From a virus: a stretch of DNA of 64,000 bases. Within the stretch, counting starts at the first letter, position 1. The number at the start of each line of letters is the position of its first letter. The position numbers and the translations under genes are program-made. The stretch is taken from positions 19,579 to 83,578 of IMG/VR virus record IMGVR_UViG_3300045119_000157; one strand, 5' to 3'. This document shows, one piece after another, positions 37,318 to 47,005 of the stretch. The notes under the pieces are model-generated. The model searched no databases. It was given only the letters and a program-made list of their open reading frames with translations, and was not told the DNA's origin.

Positions 37318-38027
37318 CGCAGCCAGCCCTCGGGCAGCTTCTCGACCAGTTACGCCCGTACCTGGCGGGCATGATCTCGACGTCGTTCGACGAGTTCAAA
37401 CGGAAGCTGCCGACGACGACGTACGGGCCGGGGACGGTCGTGTCGACCGACGCGAACACCGGGATCTGCCAGGTGATACCGGACGAGTCGACGGCGGGCG
37501 AAACGATCCAGGCGCATTCCCTGACTGGGATCCCGGCGAAGTCGGCGCGGGTGATGCTTCAGTTCTCGCCGCCGAGCGGCGTGTACATCGTCGGGTACCT
37601 GTCCTCGATGCGGGGCTGCCAGCCGATCGGGTTCAGCGTCCGCCTCAACACACCGCAGACGGTCGCGACGGGCGGTTCCGGGGCGACGCTGCTGTGGGAC
37701 ACGACTGTCAGTGACGACTACGGGTTCCTCTCCGGCGGTGTCGCGACGGTCCCCGCGGCGCTCGGTGGCCGGTACGTGATCTCGCTGACCGGCCAGTACG
37801 ACACGGCACCGACGGCCGGGCAGAACGCGTCGCTCGACATTCGTGTCACGACGGGAGCGGCGCTGACCCTGTTCCGTGGCGGCTGCCCGCCTGGCGAGAT
37901 CGTGTCGTCGCCGTGCGCGGCGGTGACGTTGTATCCGGGGACGCAGGTCATCCTCGCTGCGTTCCACACGACCGGCGCGCCTCGCACCGTCATCGCGTCA
38001 GCCGAGCTATGGCGGCTCGGCGACTGA
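37314..38027 (+). CDS. Minor tail protein
   Basis: GTGA overlap; C-terminal beta-sandwich-like region. Confidence 0.55.
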   Translation: MTQPALGQLLDQLRPYLAGMISTSFDEFKRKLPTTTYGPGTVVSTDANTGICQVIPDESTAGETIQAHSLTGIPAKSARVMLQFSPPSGVYIVGYLSSMRGCQPIGFSVRLNTPQTVATGGSGATLLWDTTVSDDYGFLSGGVATVPAALGGRYVISLTGQYDTAPTAGQNASLDIRVTTGAALTLFRGGCPPGEIVSSPCAAVTLYPGTQVILAAFHTTGAPRTVIASAELWRLGD

Positions 38028-38115
38028 TCCCCGACCCGAAAGGGCAGCCTAAGTACCATGCGAACGCATGGGAGCCGATGTCTGTGCGCGGGAACGTCTC
38101 CCCGTTTGATGGCCT

Positions 38116-38472
38116 GTGGACCTCTTTCTCGTATGGGTGCTCGCGCAGTCCGCGCCCGGTCCGCCGGACCTGTCACCGCTCGCGTACTACGGCGTCGCCG
38201 GACTGTTCCTCGCGACGCTGCTGTGGCTGCTCATCTTCCTGCTCATGGCGGAACGACGGGAACACAAGGAGCTTCAGAAGAAGGTGCTCGAAGAGTTCCT
38301 CCCCGCGATCATCGCGGCGACAGCGCAGCAGCGCGAGGCCACGGAGGCGCTCCGGGAGGTAGCGTCGAGACCGACGTTAGAACCTACGGCTATGGCCGAA
38401 TGGGTGCGGACGATGGACCGACTTCAGGATCGTCTCAATGCTGACGAGGTACGACGAAGGCGGGCCGATTGA
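38116..38472 (+). CDS. Membrane protein (holin-associated)
   Basis: TM segment YGVAGLFLATLLWLLIFLLM followed by a coiled coil. Confidence 0.55.
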   Translation: MDLFLVWVLAQSAPGPPDLSPLAYYGVAGLFLATLLWLLIFLLMAERREHKELQKKVLEEFLPAIIAATAQQREATEALREVASRPTLEPTAMAEWVRTMDRLQDRLNADEVRRRRAD

Positions 38473-38665
38473 CGTGCCCGTGCCGTTCCCGCGTTTTCTC
38501 ATCAAGGAGACGGTCCTGATCGACCTCCTCGACCAGGCGATTGCTGAGTCGCTGGTCGCGACGGAGCACGCGCGCCGGGTGACGGAACGCGTGAAGGTAC
38601 GATTGCATTCACAGGTGAGGGCGGCGGACGAATCGAGTGAAGGTGGCGGGGGACGACACGATTGA
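38438..38665 (+). CDS. Hypothetical protein
   Basis: ORF overlapping both neighbours. Confidence 0.35.
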   Translation: MLTRYDEGGPIDVPVPFPRFLIKETVLIDLLDQAIAESLVATEHARRVTERVKVRLHSQVRAADESSEGGGGRHD

Positions 38666-39332
38666 CCTCACTGAGCCGGTGTCGAATGAGCGGCTCTATG
38701 GGGAGATGGTCACGTTACGTGGGGCGCTGAACCGTGAACGCTGGCATAAGCGGCTCCTGCTCATCGCCGTCGTCGCGCTGTTCATTCTTGGGTCGGTTGC
38801 GGCGTGGAATCGCGCCGAGATCCAGCGGGAGGTCAACCAGAACGCGACAACGCTGCATCGACTCGATGACACGCAGCGGCTCCTCGATGAGCAGGGTGCC
38901 CGGCTGAATGCTCAGAGCGCCACGACGAACGTCGCTCTCTGCGGCGCGGTCGAGGGACTCCTGAACGCCGGGATCGACGAGAAGATCCCTCTCACGGTGA
39001 AGGACCAGTGGCTGCGGCAGGCGGAAATCAATCAGCGGCAGGCGGACGTCGAGGCGAATCTCATGTCGATCAACTGCCATCTGAATCTGCATCCGGTTCC
39101 GCCGCCGGAGCCGACGGCGAAGGCGACGCCGGAGCCGAAGACGACGACGCGGTCGCCGACGGCGTTCGTGCCGTCGACCTCGACGCGGTCCGCTCCGGCT
39201 GCGACCCCGGAGCCAGCGACCACGTTCGCCGTCCCGACCATGACGCTACCGCCGTCCACGGTTCCACCGAGGACCACGACCACGACCACGACCACGACGG
39301 CACCGTGTAAACGAAAGAGCGGGCGCTGCTGA
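38637..39332 (+). CDS. Membrane-anchored coiled-coil protein with Thr/Pro tail
   Basis: One TM helix, a coiled coil, poly-Thr C-terminus. Confidence 0.55.
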   Translation: MKVAGDDTIDLTEPVSNERLYGEMVTLRGALNRERWHKRLLLIAVVALFILGSVAAWNRAEIQREVNQNATTLHRLDDTQRLLDEQGARLNAQSATTNVALCGAVEGLLNAGIDEKIPLTVKDQWLRQAEINQRQADVEANLMSINCHLNLHPVPPPEPTAKATPEPKTTTRSPTAFVPSTSTRSAPAATPEPATTFAVPTMTLPPSTVPPRTTTTTTTTTAPCKRKSGRC

Positions 39333-39373
39333 TCCACGGCAGCCGACCGGGACGCCCGTTAGCATCCGGGGTC

Positions 39374-39718
39374 ATGGAAACAGTCGTGTTCGCGACGCTG
39401 GTCTTGCAGGTCACTGACTTCCTGCGGGAACTGGCGAACTTCAGATCGAACCTGTCGTCCGTGGTGACGCAGGCGACCGCGTGGATCGCGGGGATCATCC
39501 TCGTCGTGCTCGGCGCTCACGCCGCGGTCACGGCGGGACTGGTGCTGCCCGGATCGGGTCAGGCGCTCGGGACACTGGACGGGCCGTCGCAGATCCTTGT
39601 CGGGCTGCTCGTCGCGTCGCTCGGGTCGACGGTCGTGGACGTGAAGCAGGCGCTCGACGGGTCCGACTCGGCCGCGAAGCCGCCGCTGATCGGACCGCCG
39701 CCCGCGTCCGGCACCTGA
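39374..39718 (+). CDS. Putative holin
   Basis: 114 aa with 2-3 hydrophobic helices; TAGCAT 8 nt upstream. Confidence 0.55.
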   Translation: METVVFATLVLQVTDFLRELANFRSNLSSVVTQATAWIAGIILVVLGAHAAVTAGLVLPGSGQALGTLDGPSQILVGLLVASLGSTVVDVKQALDGSDSAAKPPLIGPPPASGT

Positions 39719-39785
39719 CCTGCCCCGTCTGGCCTGCGTGCCCGTAACCCCCACCCGTACGGCACGCAGGCCAGAAACCGCCCTC

Positions 39786-39815
39786 TGGACAGGCGTGCTA
39801 CACTGAGTGTACGGG
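39786..39815 (+). promoter_or_regulatory. Class A promoter/operator, copy 5 (variant)
   Basis: TGGACA followed by TACACT-G-AGTGTA at 39799-39811. Confidence 0.6.
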
Positions 39816-39851
39816 TCGGTAGATGGCCGACTGTGAGTGAAGGAGAACCCG

Positions 39852-41324
39852 ATGGGCAAGACGGATGAGTGGTTCGCGGTGGACCGGAAAGGTCTGGCGC
39901 AGATCTTGGAGCGGCGCGGGAAAGCGTTCGCGGTGCTGGAACTCCTGTCGAATGCGTGGGATCAGAACGTGACGACTGTCGACGTGGCACTGGTCGCGGC
40001 GGATAAGCGGGCGACGTACAGGCTCGTCGTGACCGACGACGACCCGGACGGGTTCGCTGATCTGACGCACGCTTACACGCTGTTCGCGCCGTCGGTGAAG
40101 AAGGGTGACGCGGAGAAGCGTGGCCGGTTCAACCTCGGCGAGAAGCTCGTGTTGGCGCTGTGCGACGAGGCGGTCATCGCCTCCACGAAGGGGACGATCC
40201 ATTTCTCGGCTGCGGGGCGTACCGCTGGGACACGGAGGACGCGTGACGCCGGGTCGGAGTTCCGTGGCGTCGTGCGAATGAACCAGCGGGAGTACACCGA
40301 AGTCTGCACCGCGGTCGGGACGGTCATCCCTCCGGCCGGGATCACCACGACGTTCAATGGGGTCACGATCCCGGTGCGGGTGCCGGTCCACTTCTTCGAC
40401 GTGTCGCTGCTGACGGAGGTAGCGGACGACGAGGGGAACCTGCGCCGAGCGACACGGAAGACGCGGGTGACGTTGTACGAGCCGCTCCCCGGTGAGACAC
40501 CGACGGTGTACGAGATGGGTATCCCAGTCGTGGAGCAGGACGACCGCTGGCACATCGACGTCGGCCAGAAGGTCCCGATGAACATGGACCGCGACGGCGT
40601 CCCGCCAGCCTGGCTGCGTACCGTCCGCACCGCCATCCTGAACGAGACGTTCGACCGGCTGTCCGCGGAGGAGGCGAACTCGACGTGGGCGAAGGAAGCA
40701 GCGGAGGATCCGAGGGCGTCGACCGACGCGGTGTCGGCATGGGTGGAGAAGCGGTTCGGTGACAAGGTCGTCGCCTACGACCCGTCAGACCGGGAGGCGA
40801 ACAACATCGCCGTCGCTCAGGGGTACACCGTCGTCCACGGGTCGCAGATGTCGAAGGCCGGATGGCAGAACGTCCGGCGGGCCGAGGCGATCCAGCCTGC
40901 GGGGAAGGTGACACCGTCACCGTCGGCGCTGCTGAACGACCTGTTCGGTCCGAACGGGAAGGACATCACCGTCCCCGACGAGAAGCGCACCGACGGGCAG
41001 CACCGGATGATCGCGTACGCCAGGGACGTATCCCGGCATCTGCTCGGGTTCGAAGTGGCCGTGAACATCGTGTCGGAGATGACCGCCCCGGCGGCAGCGT
41101 GGTACGGGAGTCGGACGTTGACGTTCAACGTGGGACGCCTCGGGCACGCATGGTTCGACCGGCCGGATCAGGAACGGGTCGACGCCCTGTTGATCCACGA
41201 GTTCGCTCACGACCGGGCAGCGAACCATCTAGACCATTCGTTCCACGACGAGTGCTGCCGGTTGGGTGCCCGGCTGCGGACGTACACGGGGACGGTGCTG
41301 TCGATGGCTGTGGACGCGGGGTAG
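39852..41324 (+). CDS. GHKL ATPase fused to HExxH metallopeptidase-like domain
   Basis: ELLSNAWD, V.DDD..GF, RGRFNLGEK; C-terminal LLIHEFAH...H...F. Confidence 0.7.
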   Translation: MGKTDEWFAVDRKGLAQILERRGKAFAVLELLSNAWDQNVTTVDVALVAADKRATYRLVVTDDDPDGFADLTHAYTLFAPSVKKGDAEKRGRFNLGEKLVLALCDEAVIASTKGTIHFSAAGRTAGTRRTRDAGSEFRGVVRMNQREYTEVCTAVGTVIPPAGITTTFNGVTIPVRVPVHFFDVSLLTEVADDEGNLRRATRKTRVTLYEPLPGETPTVYEMGIPVVEQDDRWHIDVGQKVPMNMDRDGVPPAWLRTVRTAILNETFDRLSAEEANSTWAKEAAEDPRASTDAVSAWVEKRFGDKVVAYDPSDREANNIAVAQGYTVVHGSQMSKAGWQNVRRAEAIQPAGKVTPSPSALLNDLFGPNGKDITVPDEKRTDGQHRMIAYARDVSRHLLGFEVAVNIVSEMTAPAAAWYGSRTLTFNVGRLGHAWFDRPDQERVDALLIHEFAHDRAANHLDHSFHDECCRLGARLRTYTGTVLSMAVDAG

Positions 41325-41454
41325 GGTCGCCGCCGCGGAGACGGCGAAGTGGTGGACGTCGGGTCCCTTGTTCTCCTGGCCCGGCGTCCGCCACTGTCAC
41401 ACCCCCCGCGTACGATGATGGTGTAGGGTGCTACCCGTCAGGAAGGAGACGCCG

Positions 41455-42075
41455 ATGGCAACAGACGAGCTAGGTGCTGACCTTGCTGCGTTCGCCGCGG
41501 AACCATTCGAGAGCACGGACCCGTCCGTGCCGCTACCACCACCCGAGGACGCTGACGCTGCGAACCGGATCCTCCGGCGGCTGCGGTCCCATCACGCCCG
41601 CCGGGAGGAACTACTCGACCGCTACCAGGCGGAAGCGGACATGCTGACCGCGTGGCGTGATGACCGGCTCGCCGGGATCGACGCGCAGATCGACCGGCTC
41701 GCTCTGTCGCTGGAAGGCTGGATGCGGTCCCGTTCCGACGAGGCGGGTGTGGCGACGGAGCATCTGCCCGCCGGGGAACTGTGGCTCCGCACCGGACGCT
41801 CGTCGGTCATGGTCACCGACGAGCAGGCCGCGTTCGAATGGGCAGTCGCGCACGACGTGAACGTCCGGGTCCGCAGCGAGGTCGACAAGCGTGCGCTCGC
41901 TGACGTGATCCATCCCGGCCCGCTGCTCGACGCTGCACCGCATGACCCGCCCGGTTACGACTACGCCGTGGCGCTCACCGCTGACGCTGAGGTCGTGCCC
42001 GGTGTCGTGCTCCGCCGTCCGTCCCGTCCCGCTTTCACTGTCCACCCGTACAAGGAGAACCACGATGAGTCTTGA
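41455..42075 (+). CDS. Gam-like host-nuclease inhibitor
   Basis: Coiled coil, LPAGEL.LR, EVDKRAL; adjacent to the recombinase. Confidence 0.6.
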   Translation: MATDELGADLAAFAAEPFESTDPSVPLPPPEDADAANRILRRLRSHHARREELLDRYQAEADMLTAWRDDRLAGIDAQIDRLALSLEGWMRSRSDEAGVATEHLPAGELWLRTGRSSVMVTDEQAAFEWAVAHDVNVRVRSEVDKRALADVIHPGPLLDAAPHDPPGYDYAVALTADAEVVPGVVLRRPSRPAFTVHPYKENHDES

Positions 42076-43426
42076 CACCGACCCGGTAGCCGCGGCTGCT
42101 GCCCACTACGACGGGGAACCCGTCGCCTCGTTCCACACTGACGCTTTCGACAACGATGACGACCCGGTCGAGGTCGCTGACCGGCTACCTGTCCGGCATG
42201 AGGCGGACACGCTGATCCCGCTCCGCGAGGAACTCGCAGGCACCGCAGCGATGGCGGTCACGCTCGCCCGTGCTCAGGTCGTCCCGGCGGCGCTGCGGAA
42301 CCAGCCGCACAACGTGTTCGCCGTCCTCCTCACCGGCCGCGAACTCGGTGTCGCGCCGATGACCGCTGTCCGGAACTTCCATGTGATCGACGGGCAGGTC
42401 ACGATCCCGCCGAAGTTCAAGATGGGCCAGGTCCGGAAGATGGGACTCGGGACGGTGTACCCGCACTCCGGTCCCCGCCGGATGCCGTGCCCGCGGCTCG
42501 CGGACCCTGAGCACGGCGGCGACTGTGCGGCGTGCCGCGGTGAGGGGTTCGTGGTGAAGGTCTGCCCGTGCGGCAGCAGCGAACCTGACAACGACGGGGA
42601 GCGCGCCGTCTGGCACGCCGAACGGAAGGACACGCCGGGGATCATCTTCACGTCCGGGTACTCGATCGAGGAAGCCGACTCGGCCGGGCTGATCAGCAAG
42701 TCGAACTGGAAGATGTACCCGGCCCGGATGCTGTCGCACCGTGCCGCCGGATACCTCCTCGATGACGCGTTCAGCGAGGTCGCGACCGGGCTGTACACGC
42801 CCGACGAGTTGGGTGCCGTCACTGACGAGGACGGGAACGTGATCGACGTCGACTCGACGGAGTCGCTGATCGCCCCGGCGAAGTCGACGGCGCCGCCCGC
42901 TCAGCCGGACGTCCTGGCCGAGTTCAAACGGCGGATCGCGAAGCTCACGCCCGAAGCGAAGGCCCGGCTCGCGGACGAGTGGAAGGCCCGCCCGGACCTC
43001 CCGAAGCTGGATGACTTGCGGTACACGCAGCAGACGGTCGTCGCCGCGCTCATCGCTGCCGCCGAGAAGGAATCGAAGCCTGCTCTCGAACCCGCCGCGG
43101 ACGCAGCGCCGCCCGTGACACCGGAAGCCCCGGAGACACCCCTAGAAGCCGCTGTAACGCCCGACGAGCCGACGCAGGCCGTACCGCCGGTCCCGCCACC
43201 CTTCGACGCTGAGGGGCTGACCGACGAGGACGACGACATGGCATGGGCGGAACGCGCACCGGACGAGTGGGTGAGCGAAACGATCGAGGAGGTCACTGCG
43301 CTCGACGCGAAGGAAATGCGGAGCCGAGCGAAAGCCCTGTCGCTCCCGCTGACGGGCGGCGAAGCGACGATCCGCGTGGCGCTCACGTCCCGGCTGATCC
43401 GCCGCCGCATGGAACACGCCCTGTGA
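42065..43426 (+). CDS. RecT-like single-strand annealing protein
   Basis: VP.A.R..P...GRELG..PM.A....HVI.G, W..YP.RML..RA, GLYTPDEL. Confidence 0.75.
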   Translation: MSLDTDPVAAAAAHYDGEPVASFHTDAFDNDDDPVEVADRLPVRHEADTLIPLREELAGTAAMAVTLARAQVVPAALRNQPHNVFAVLLTGRELGVAPMTAVRNFHVIDGQVTIPPKFKMGQVRKMGLGTVYPHSGPRRMPCPRLADPEHGGDCAACRGEGFVVKVCPCGSSEPDNDGERAVWHAERKDTPGIIFTSGYSIEEADSAGLISKSNWKMYPARMLSHRAAGYLLDDAFSEVATGLYTPDELGAVTDEDGNVIDVDSTESLIAPAKSTAPPAQPDVLAEFKRRIAKLTPEAKARLADEWKARPDLPKLDDLRYTQQTVVAALIAAAEKESKPALEPAADAAPPVTPEAPETPLEAAVTPDEPTQAVPPVPPPFDAEGLTDEDDDMAWAERAPDEWVSETIEEVTALDAKEMRSRAKALSLPLTGGEATIRVALTSRLIRRRMEHAL

Positions 43427-44223
43427 GCAGACGCCAGACCGGGACGCTGTTCTGGCTGCCGGTCATCCTCGACTGCGAAGACCTCGACCCGACCGAGACG
43501 CTCCTGCTGGTCGCGATGGCCGACCACATCGACGCCGACGACCAGTGCTGGCCCGGCATCGACACGCTCGCCGCCGCAGCCCGTGTCTCGTACCCGACCG
43601 CAAGCCGCCGCCTGAAGGCGCTCGTCGACCGAGGGTTCATCACACGGGAACGGCGGCACAGCCAGCACGGCCACCTGAGTTCGTACACGTACACGTTCGT
43701 CCGTGAAGCGTTCGGCCTAGTGATCAAATCGATCACTGGTCCAGCGCGCAAAACCGACCCGCCTAGCGCGCACCCTGATGGTGACTGGTCCAGTGATCAC
43801 CCTGGTGCGCGAGGAACCACCCAGTCTTTAGAACCGCGTAAACAGAACCGCCCAACCCCTGCGAACAATGCTGCGAACAATGATGCTGTTCGCAAGGCGG
43901 CACGGCGGGTAGTCGATGACTGGTGGGAGGCACGGAAGGCCGCGGGCGTGTCCCCGGCGCAGCCGTACATCGCGGTCGTGAAGATCGTGGACACGGCACT
44001 GCGGAACGGTGTGAGCGTGAATGACCTCACGGCCGCGTTGCGGGACACGCCGACGGTGACGGGCGCGTCGTTGGAGTTCACGCTGTCGAAGCTGCGCGGC
44101 CGGGTGGGGCGTGCGGCGCCGAACGTGTCGTCGGCTGCGGCGGAGCAGATCGTGGCGGACTACGCGGAAACGAACGGGAGTCCACGCAACCGGCCGGGTA
44201 GCCCACTACCCTTGCCGCCGTGA
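43423..44223 (+). CDS. HTH replication initiator-like protein
   Basis: LLLVAMADH...CWPGIDTLA...SRRLKAL..RGFI N-terminal wHTH. Confidence 0.75.
   Translation: MSRRQTGTLFWLPVILDCEDLDPTETLLLVAMADHIDADDQCWPGIDTLAAAARVSYPTASRRLKALVDRGFITRERRHSQHGHLSSYTYTFVREAFGLVIKSITGPARKTDPPSAHPDGDWSSDHPGARGTTQSLEPRKQNRPTPANNAANNDAVRKAARRVVDDWWEARKAAGVSPAQPYIAVVKIVDTALRNGVSVNDLTAALRDTPTVTGASLEFTLSKLRGRVGRAAPNVSSAAAEQIVADYAETNGSPRNRPGSPLPLPP
44196..44212 (+). promoter_or_regulatory. Class B element
   Basis: GGGTAG-CCCA-CTACCC, TACCCT, GTG 7 nt downstream at 44220. Confidence 0.65.
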
Positions 44224-44567
44224 ACGCGGTCGAGGTCGAAGCTCTGCTGCTGCGGGTCGACGTGACGTACCCGCACGGGCAACTGTCCGAGATCGAAAGG
44301 CGGATGCGGATCGAGGAATGGCTCGACTCGTCCGCCGCGGCGTTCGACTGGCCGGACGTGGGGCGTGCCGCGTGGCGGCGATGGAAGGATCAGCGGGACC
44401 GTCCGCCGACTCCTCACCAGTTCTCCGAGGTGTGCCGTGCGGTGTTGCAGGCGCAACGGTTGGACCGGCCGCGGCTGACGGAGGCGGCGCTGACGGACGA
44501 GCAGGTCAGGCAGAACCTCCGGATGATCCGCGCCACGCGTGAAGCGTTCAAGGGAGCGAAGCTGTGA
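44220..44567 (+). CDS. Possible helicase loader/inhibitor-like protein
   Basis: Follows the initiator; W...PPTP.Q motif. Confidence 0.45.
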   Translation: MNAVEVEALLLRVDVTYPHGQLSEIERRMRIEEWLDSSAAAFDWPDVGRAAWRRWKDQRDRPPTPHQFSEVCRAVLQAQRLDRPRLTEAALTDEQVRQNLRMIRATREAFKGAKL

Positions 44568-44887
44568 CCGTCCCGATGCAGTTCACGCCCGGCTTCACCG
44601 TCACTCGCGACGGGAAGGGCAAGAAGGCGATCATCGAGGTCCTGTGCGCGGCGTGCGGCGACCGGATCGTGACGGCCGAAGCGAAGGACGAGGAACGTGC
44701 CCTCGCTCTCGCGGAGGACAGCCGGAAACGGATGGCGTGCTGCCGGTGCAGCATCCTCGCGATCGTCGCTGACGCGCTGGACGACGGGCACGGGACACCG
44801 GACGACGAGATGCCCGCTGCCGTTCAGGTGGTCGACGCGCTCGCTGCTGGCGGCTGGAAGCTCAAACGGGATCCGTGGGACCGATGA
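44564..44887 (+). CDS. Hypothetical Cys-containing protein
   Basis: Coupled ORF. Confidence 0.5.
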   Translation: MTVPMQFTPGFTVTRDGKGKKAIIEVLCAACGDRIVTAEAKDEERALALAEDSRKRMACCRCSILAIVADALDDGHGTPDDEMPAAVQVVDALAAGGWKLKRDPWDR

Positions 44888-45135
44888 GCGACGACCGCTG
44901 CACGGCGTGCGAGGGGAACGGCTGGATCGACGACGCTGTCGCACCGGACGGAACCACGTTCGTTCGTCCGTGCGCCCGGTGCCGTCCCGCGCTGTACGAC
45001 CGCTGGCGTGACGGGCATCTCGATCCTGGTCACACCTGCGAGGAGTGCCGGACCCGTCGTCCGCTGAAGTCTGCACCGAAGCCGTTCACGGTCGAAAACA
45101 CGGAACCGGAACCGATACCGGAGGACGCGTTCTGA
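44884..45135 (+). CDS. Zn-finger protein
   Basis: CTAC.GNGW...PC.RC. Confidence 0.55.
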   Translation: MSDDRCTACEGNGWIDDAVAPDGTTFVRPCARCRPALYDRWRDGHLDPGHTCEECRTRRPLKSAPKPFTVENTEPEPIPEDAF

Positions 45136-45344
45136 TGGCCGAGCAGCAGATGATGAACACGATCGACGGCCGGGTGTCGTGCACGTCGCGGGTCATGTCG
45201 ATATGGGAGCGTCCGCTGTTCACGGTCCGCTGCGCCGGATGCGGGACGGTGATGGCGTACGGGAACGACGAACCGCGGGCCGTCACGATCGCTGTCCACA
45301 ACGGCGTCCAACGGCCGTGCTGCGACCTGTGGACAACTTCGTGA
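45135..45344 (+). CDS. Small Cys-containing protein
   Basis: Coupled start and stop. Confidence 0.45.
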   Translation: MAEQQMMNTIDGRVSCTSRVMSIWERPLFTVRCAGCGTVMAYGNDEPRAVTIAVHNGVQRPCCDLWTTS

Positions 45345-45625
45345 AGCGGTCAGGGTCGCTGCGCCGCGGGACACCGCTCCGGACACGACGCCGTTCGGGT
45401 CGCGCGGAGCCGGACCGGCCGCTGGCGACGTGGTGCCAGGCGGAGGTTCACCCGGCGGTCTGCACGGGACGCGCGTCGCACCGTCACCACATTCGCCGCC
45501 GCTCGCAGGGCGGCACGGACGGGTACGAGAACACGATCGACTTGTGCTCGGCCTGCCACGCGTGGATCCACGGACACCCGGCCGAGTCCTACGAGAACGG
45601 CTGGCTCACCCGGAGCGGCCAGTGA
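45341..45625 (+). CDS. HNH endonuclease
   Basis: HHIRRRSQGG....N.I.LC..CH.WIH. Confidence 0.8.
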   Translation: MKRSGSLRRGTPLRTRRRSGRAEPDRPLATWCQAEVHPAVCTGRASHRHHIRRRSQGGTDGYENTIDLCSACHAWIHGHPAESYENGWLTRSGQ

Positions 45626-46158
45626 GCGCGCTCGCACCTGACGTCCGCGCTGAGTCCGTCACGTCCGAGGACGGCCGGTACAGGTTCCGGCTCGAACGGA
45701 TATGGGACACCGCCCGCCCGCATCTCGTGTGGTGCATGTTGCATCCCGGCCTCGACGCGGTCGACTGGGACACCCGCAGCCTGACCCGCATCCAGCATTT
45801 CGCCCGGCAGTGGGGCTGGGGCGGCATCGTCGCGGTGAACCTGTTCGCGCTCCGTGTCTCCGACGCGTTCCTGTTGAAGCAGCACTGCGGTCCCGTCGGC
45901 GCCCGGAACGACGACCACATCGTCGCCGCCGCCCGCGACGCCCGAGCGAAGGCTGTGATCGCGGCGTGGGGGAACGGTGGCCGCTGGTTCGGCCGCGGCG
46001 ACGAGGTCCGTGTCCTCCTCGCCGACAACGGGATCCCACTGTGGCGGCTCGGCGGTCCGCTGACCCGGTTCGGTCAGCCCGTCTCACCGCTGGTGATGCC
46101 GTACACCGGGCTGCCTGTGCCGTGGCCTCCCCCGACGATGGAGAACGCTGATGCGTAA
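45622..46158 (+). CDS. DUF1643-family protein
   Basis: S.DGRYRF.L.R.W, VNLFALR, AAWG motifs. Confidence 0.75.
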   Translation: MSALAPDVRAESVTSEDGRYRFRLERIWDTARPHLVWCMLHPGLDAVDWDTRSLTRIQHFARQWGWGGIVAVNLFALRVSDAFLLKQHCGPVGARNDDHIVAAARDARAKAVIAAWGNGGRWFGRGDEVRVLLADNGIPLWRLGGPLTRFGQPVSPLVMPYTGLPVPWPPPTMENADA

Positions 46159-46357
46159 CGTCTGCGACCGCTGCAAACACGACTTCGATGACCGGCTGCC
46201 CGGCACCCGACGCAAGGTGACCGGCTGGGTCGTGGAACGCACTGACGGCGGCGCGAACGCGGTCCGCGACAAGAAGTACCTCGGCCCGGTGATCTGCCCG
46301 CCGTGCGGCAAGGAAATCGACCTCGGCATCGACCCGCACCAGGAGAGCCTCCTGTGA
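46151..46357 (+). CDS. Zn-ribbon protein
   Basis: CDRC...CPPC. Confidence 0.55.
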   Translation: MRNVCDRCKHDFDDRLPGTRRKVTGWVVERTDGGANAVRDKKYLGPVICPPCGKEIDLGIDPHQESLL

Positions 46358-46581
46358 TCCTCTGTTACCACCTGTCGGCTGCTGCTCTCCGCACGCTCCT
46401 CGCTCTCGTCGAGGTGTACGAGGCTGATGGGCGTGCCACAGTCCGGGACGTCGCTGTCGCCGCTGAACGGTCGATTCAGGCGACGCACGCGCAGTTGCGT
46501 GTACTCCGTGCCGCGGACTTCGTTACGTGGGAGGACGGCCGTGCCGGGACGCTCCGTCCTCTGCTTCGCCGCGTCGCATGA
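46354..46581 (+). CDS. LexA-N-like winged HTH protein
   Basis: TVRDVA.A..S....HAQL..L....V.W..G..TLR. Confidence 0.65.
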   Translation: MILCYHLSAAALRTLLALVEVYEADGRATVRDVAVAAERSIQATHAQLRVLRAADFVTWEDGRAGTLRPLLRRVA

Positions 46582-46964
46582 AACCGACGCACGCCGAGTT
46601 GCAGCAGCAGATCATCGACCTCGCCCACCTCCTCGGCTGGCGACATCTTCACGTCCGCCGCTCGATCGGTAAGGGACGGAAGTGGGTCACGACCACGAAC
46701 GTCATCGGGTGGCCTGATCTGCTGCTGTGGAGTTCGCGGCAGCCGGGACGACACATCGCGATCGAAGTCAAGGTTCCCCCCGACAAGCTGGCGGAAGCGC
46801 AGCGATCCGTTCTGGATGACCTTGCCGCGTCCGGGTTCGAGGTGCACGTCATCACACCGGACACGTTCGACACGCTCGTCGCCGTGTTCGGTGTTCGCGT
46901 CGCCGAGCAGGCGATCACGGCTAGCTGGGTGAATGACCGCCAGTCCAACACGCCTACCGGGTAG
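46578..46964 (+). CDS. VRR-NUC domain nuclease
   Basis: GWPDL...IEVK...KL..AQ...L. Confidence 0.8.
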   Translation: MKPTHAELQQQIIDLAHLLGWRHLHVRRSIGKGRKWVTTTNVIGWPDLLLWSSRQPGRHIAIEVKVPPDKLAEAQRSVLDDLAASGFEVHVITPDTFDTLVAVFGVRVAEQAITASWVNDRQSNTPTG

Positions 46965-46975
46965 TGGGCTACCCT
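46959..46975 (+). promoter_or_regulatory. Class B element
   Basis: GGGTAG-TGGG-CTACCC with TACCCT. Confidence 0.6.
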
Positions 46976-47005
46976 GAGTCGATTCCCCTTGAAGGAGGCC
47001 ACGTC

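Noticed and set aside
39275-39300. ACCACG microsatellite as a phase-variation tract
   Set aside because: The 6-bp unit preserves frame and simply encodes a poly-Thr linker.
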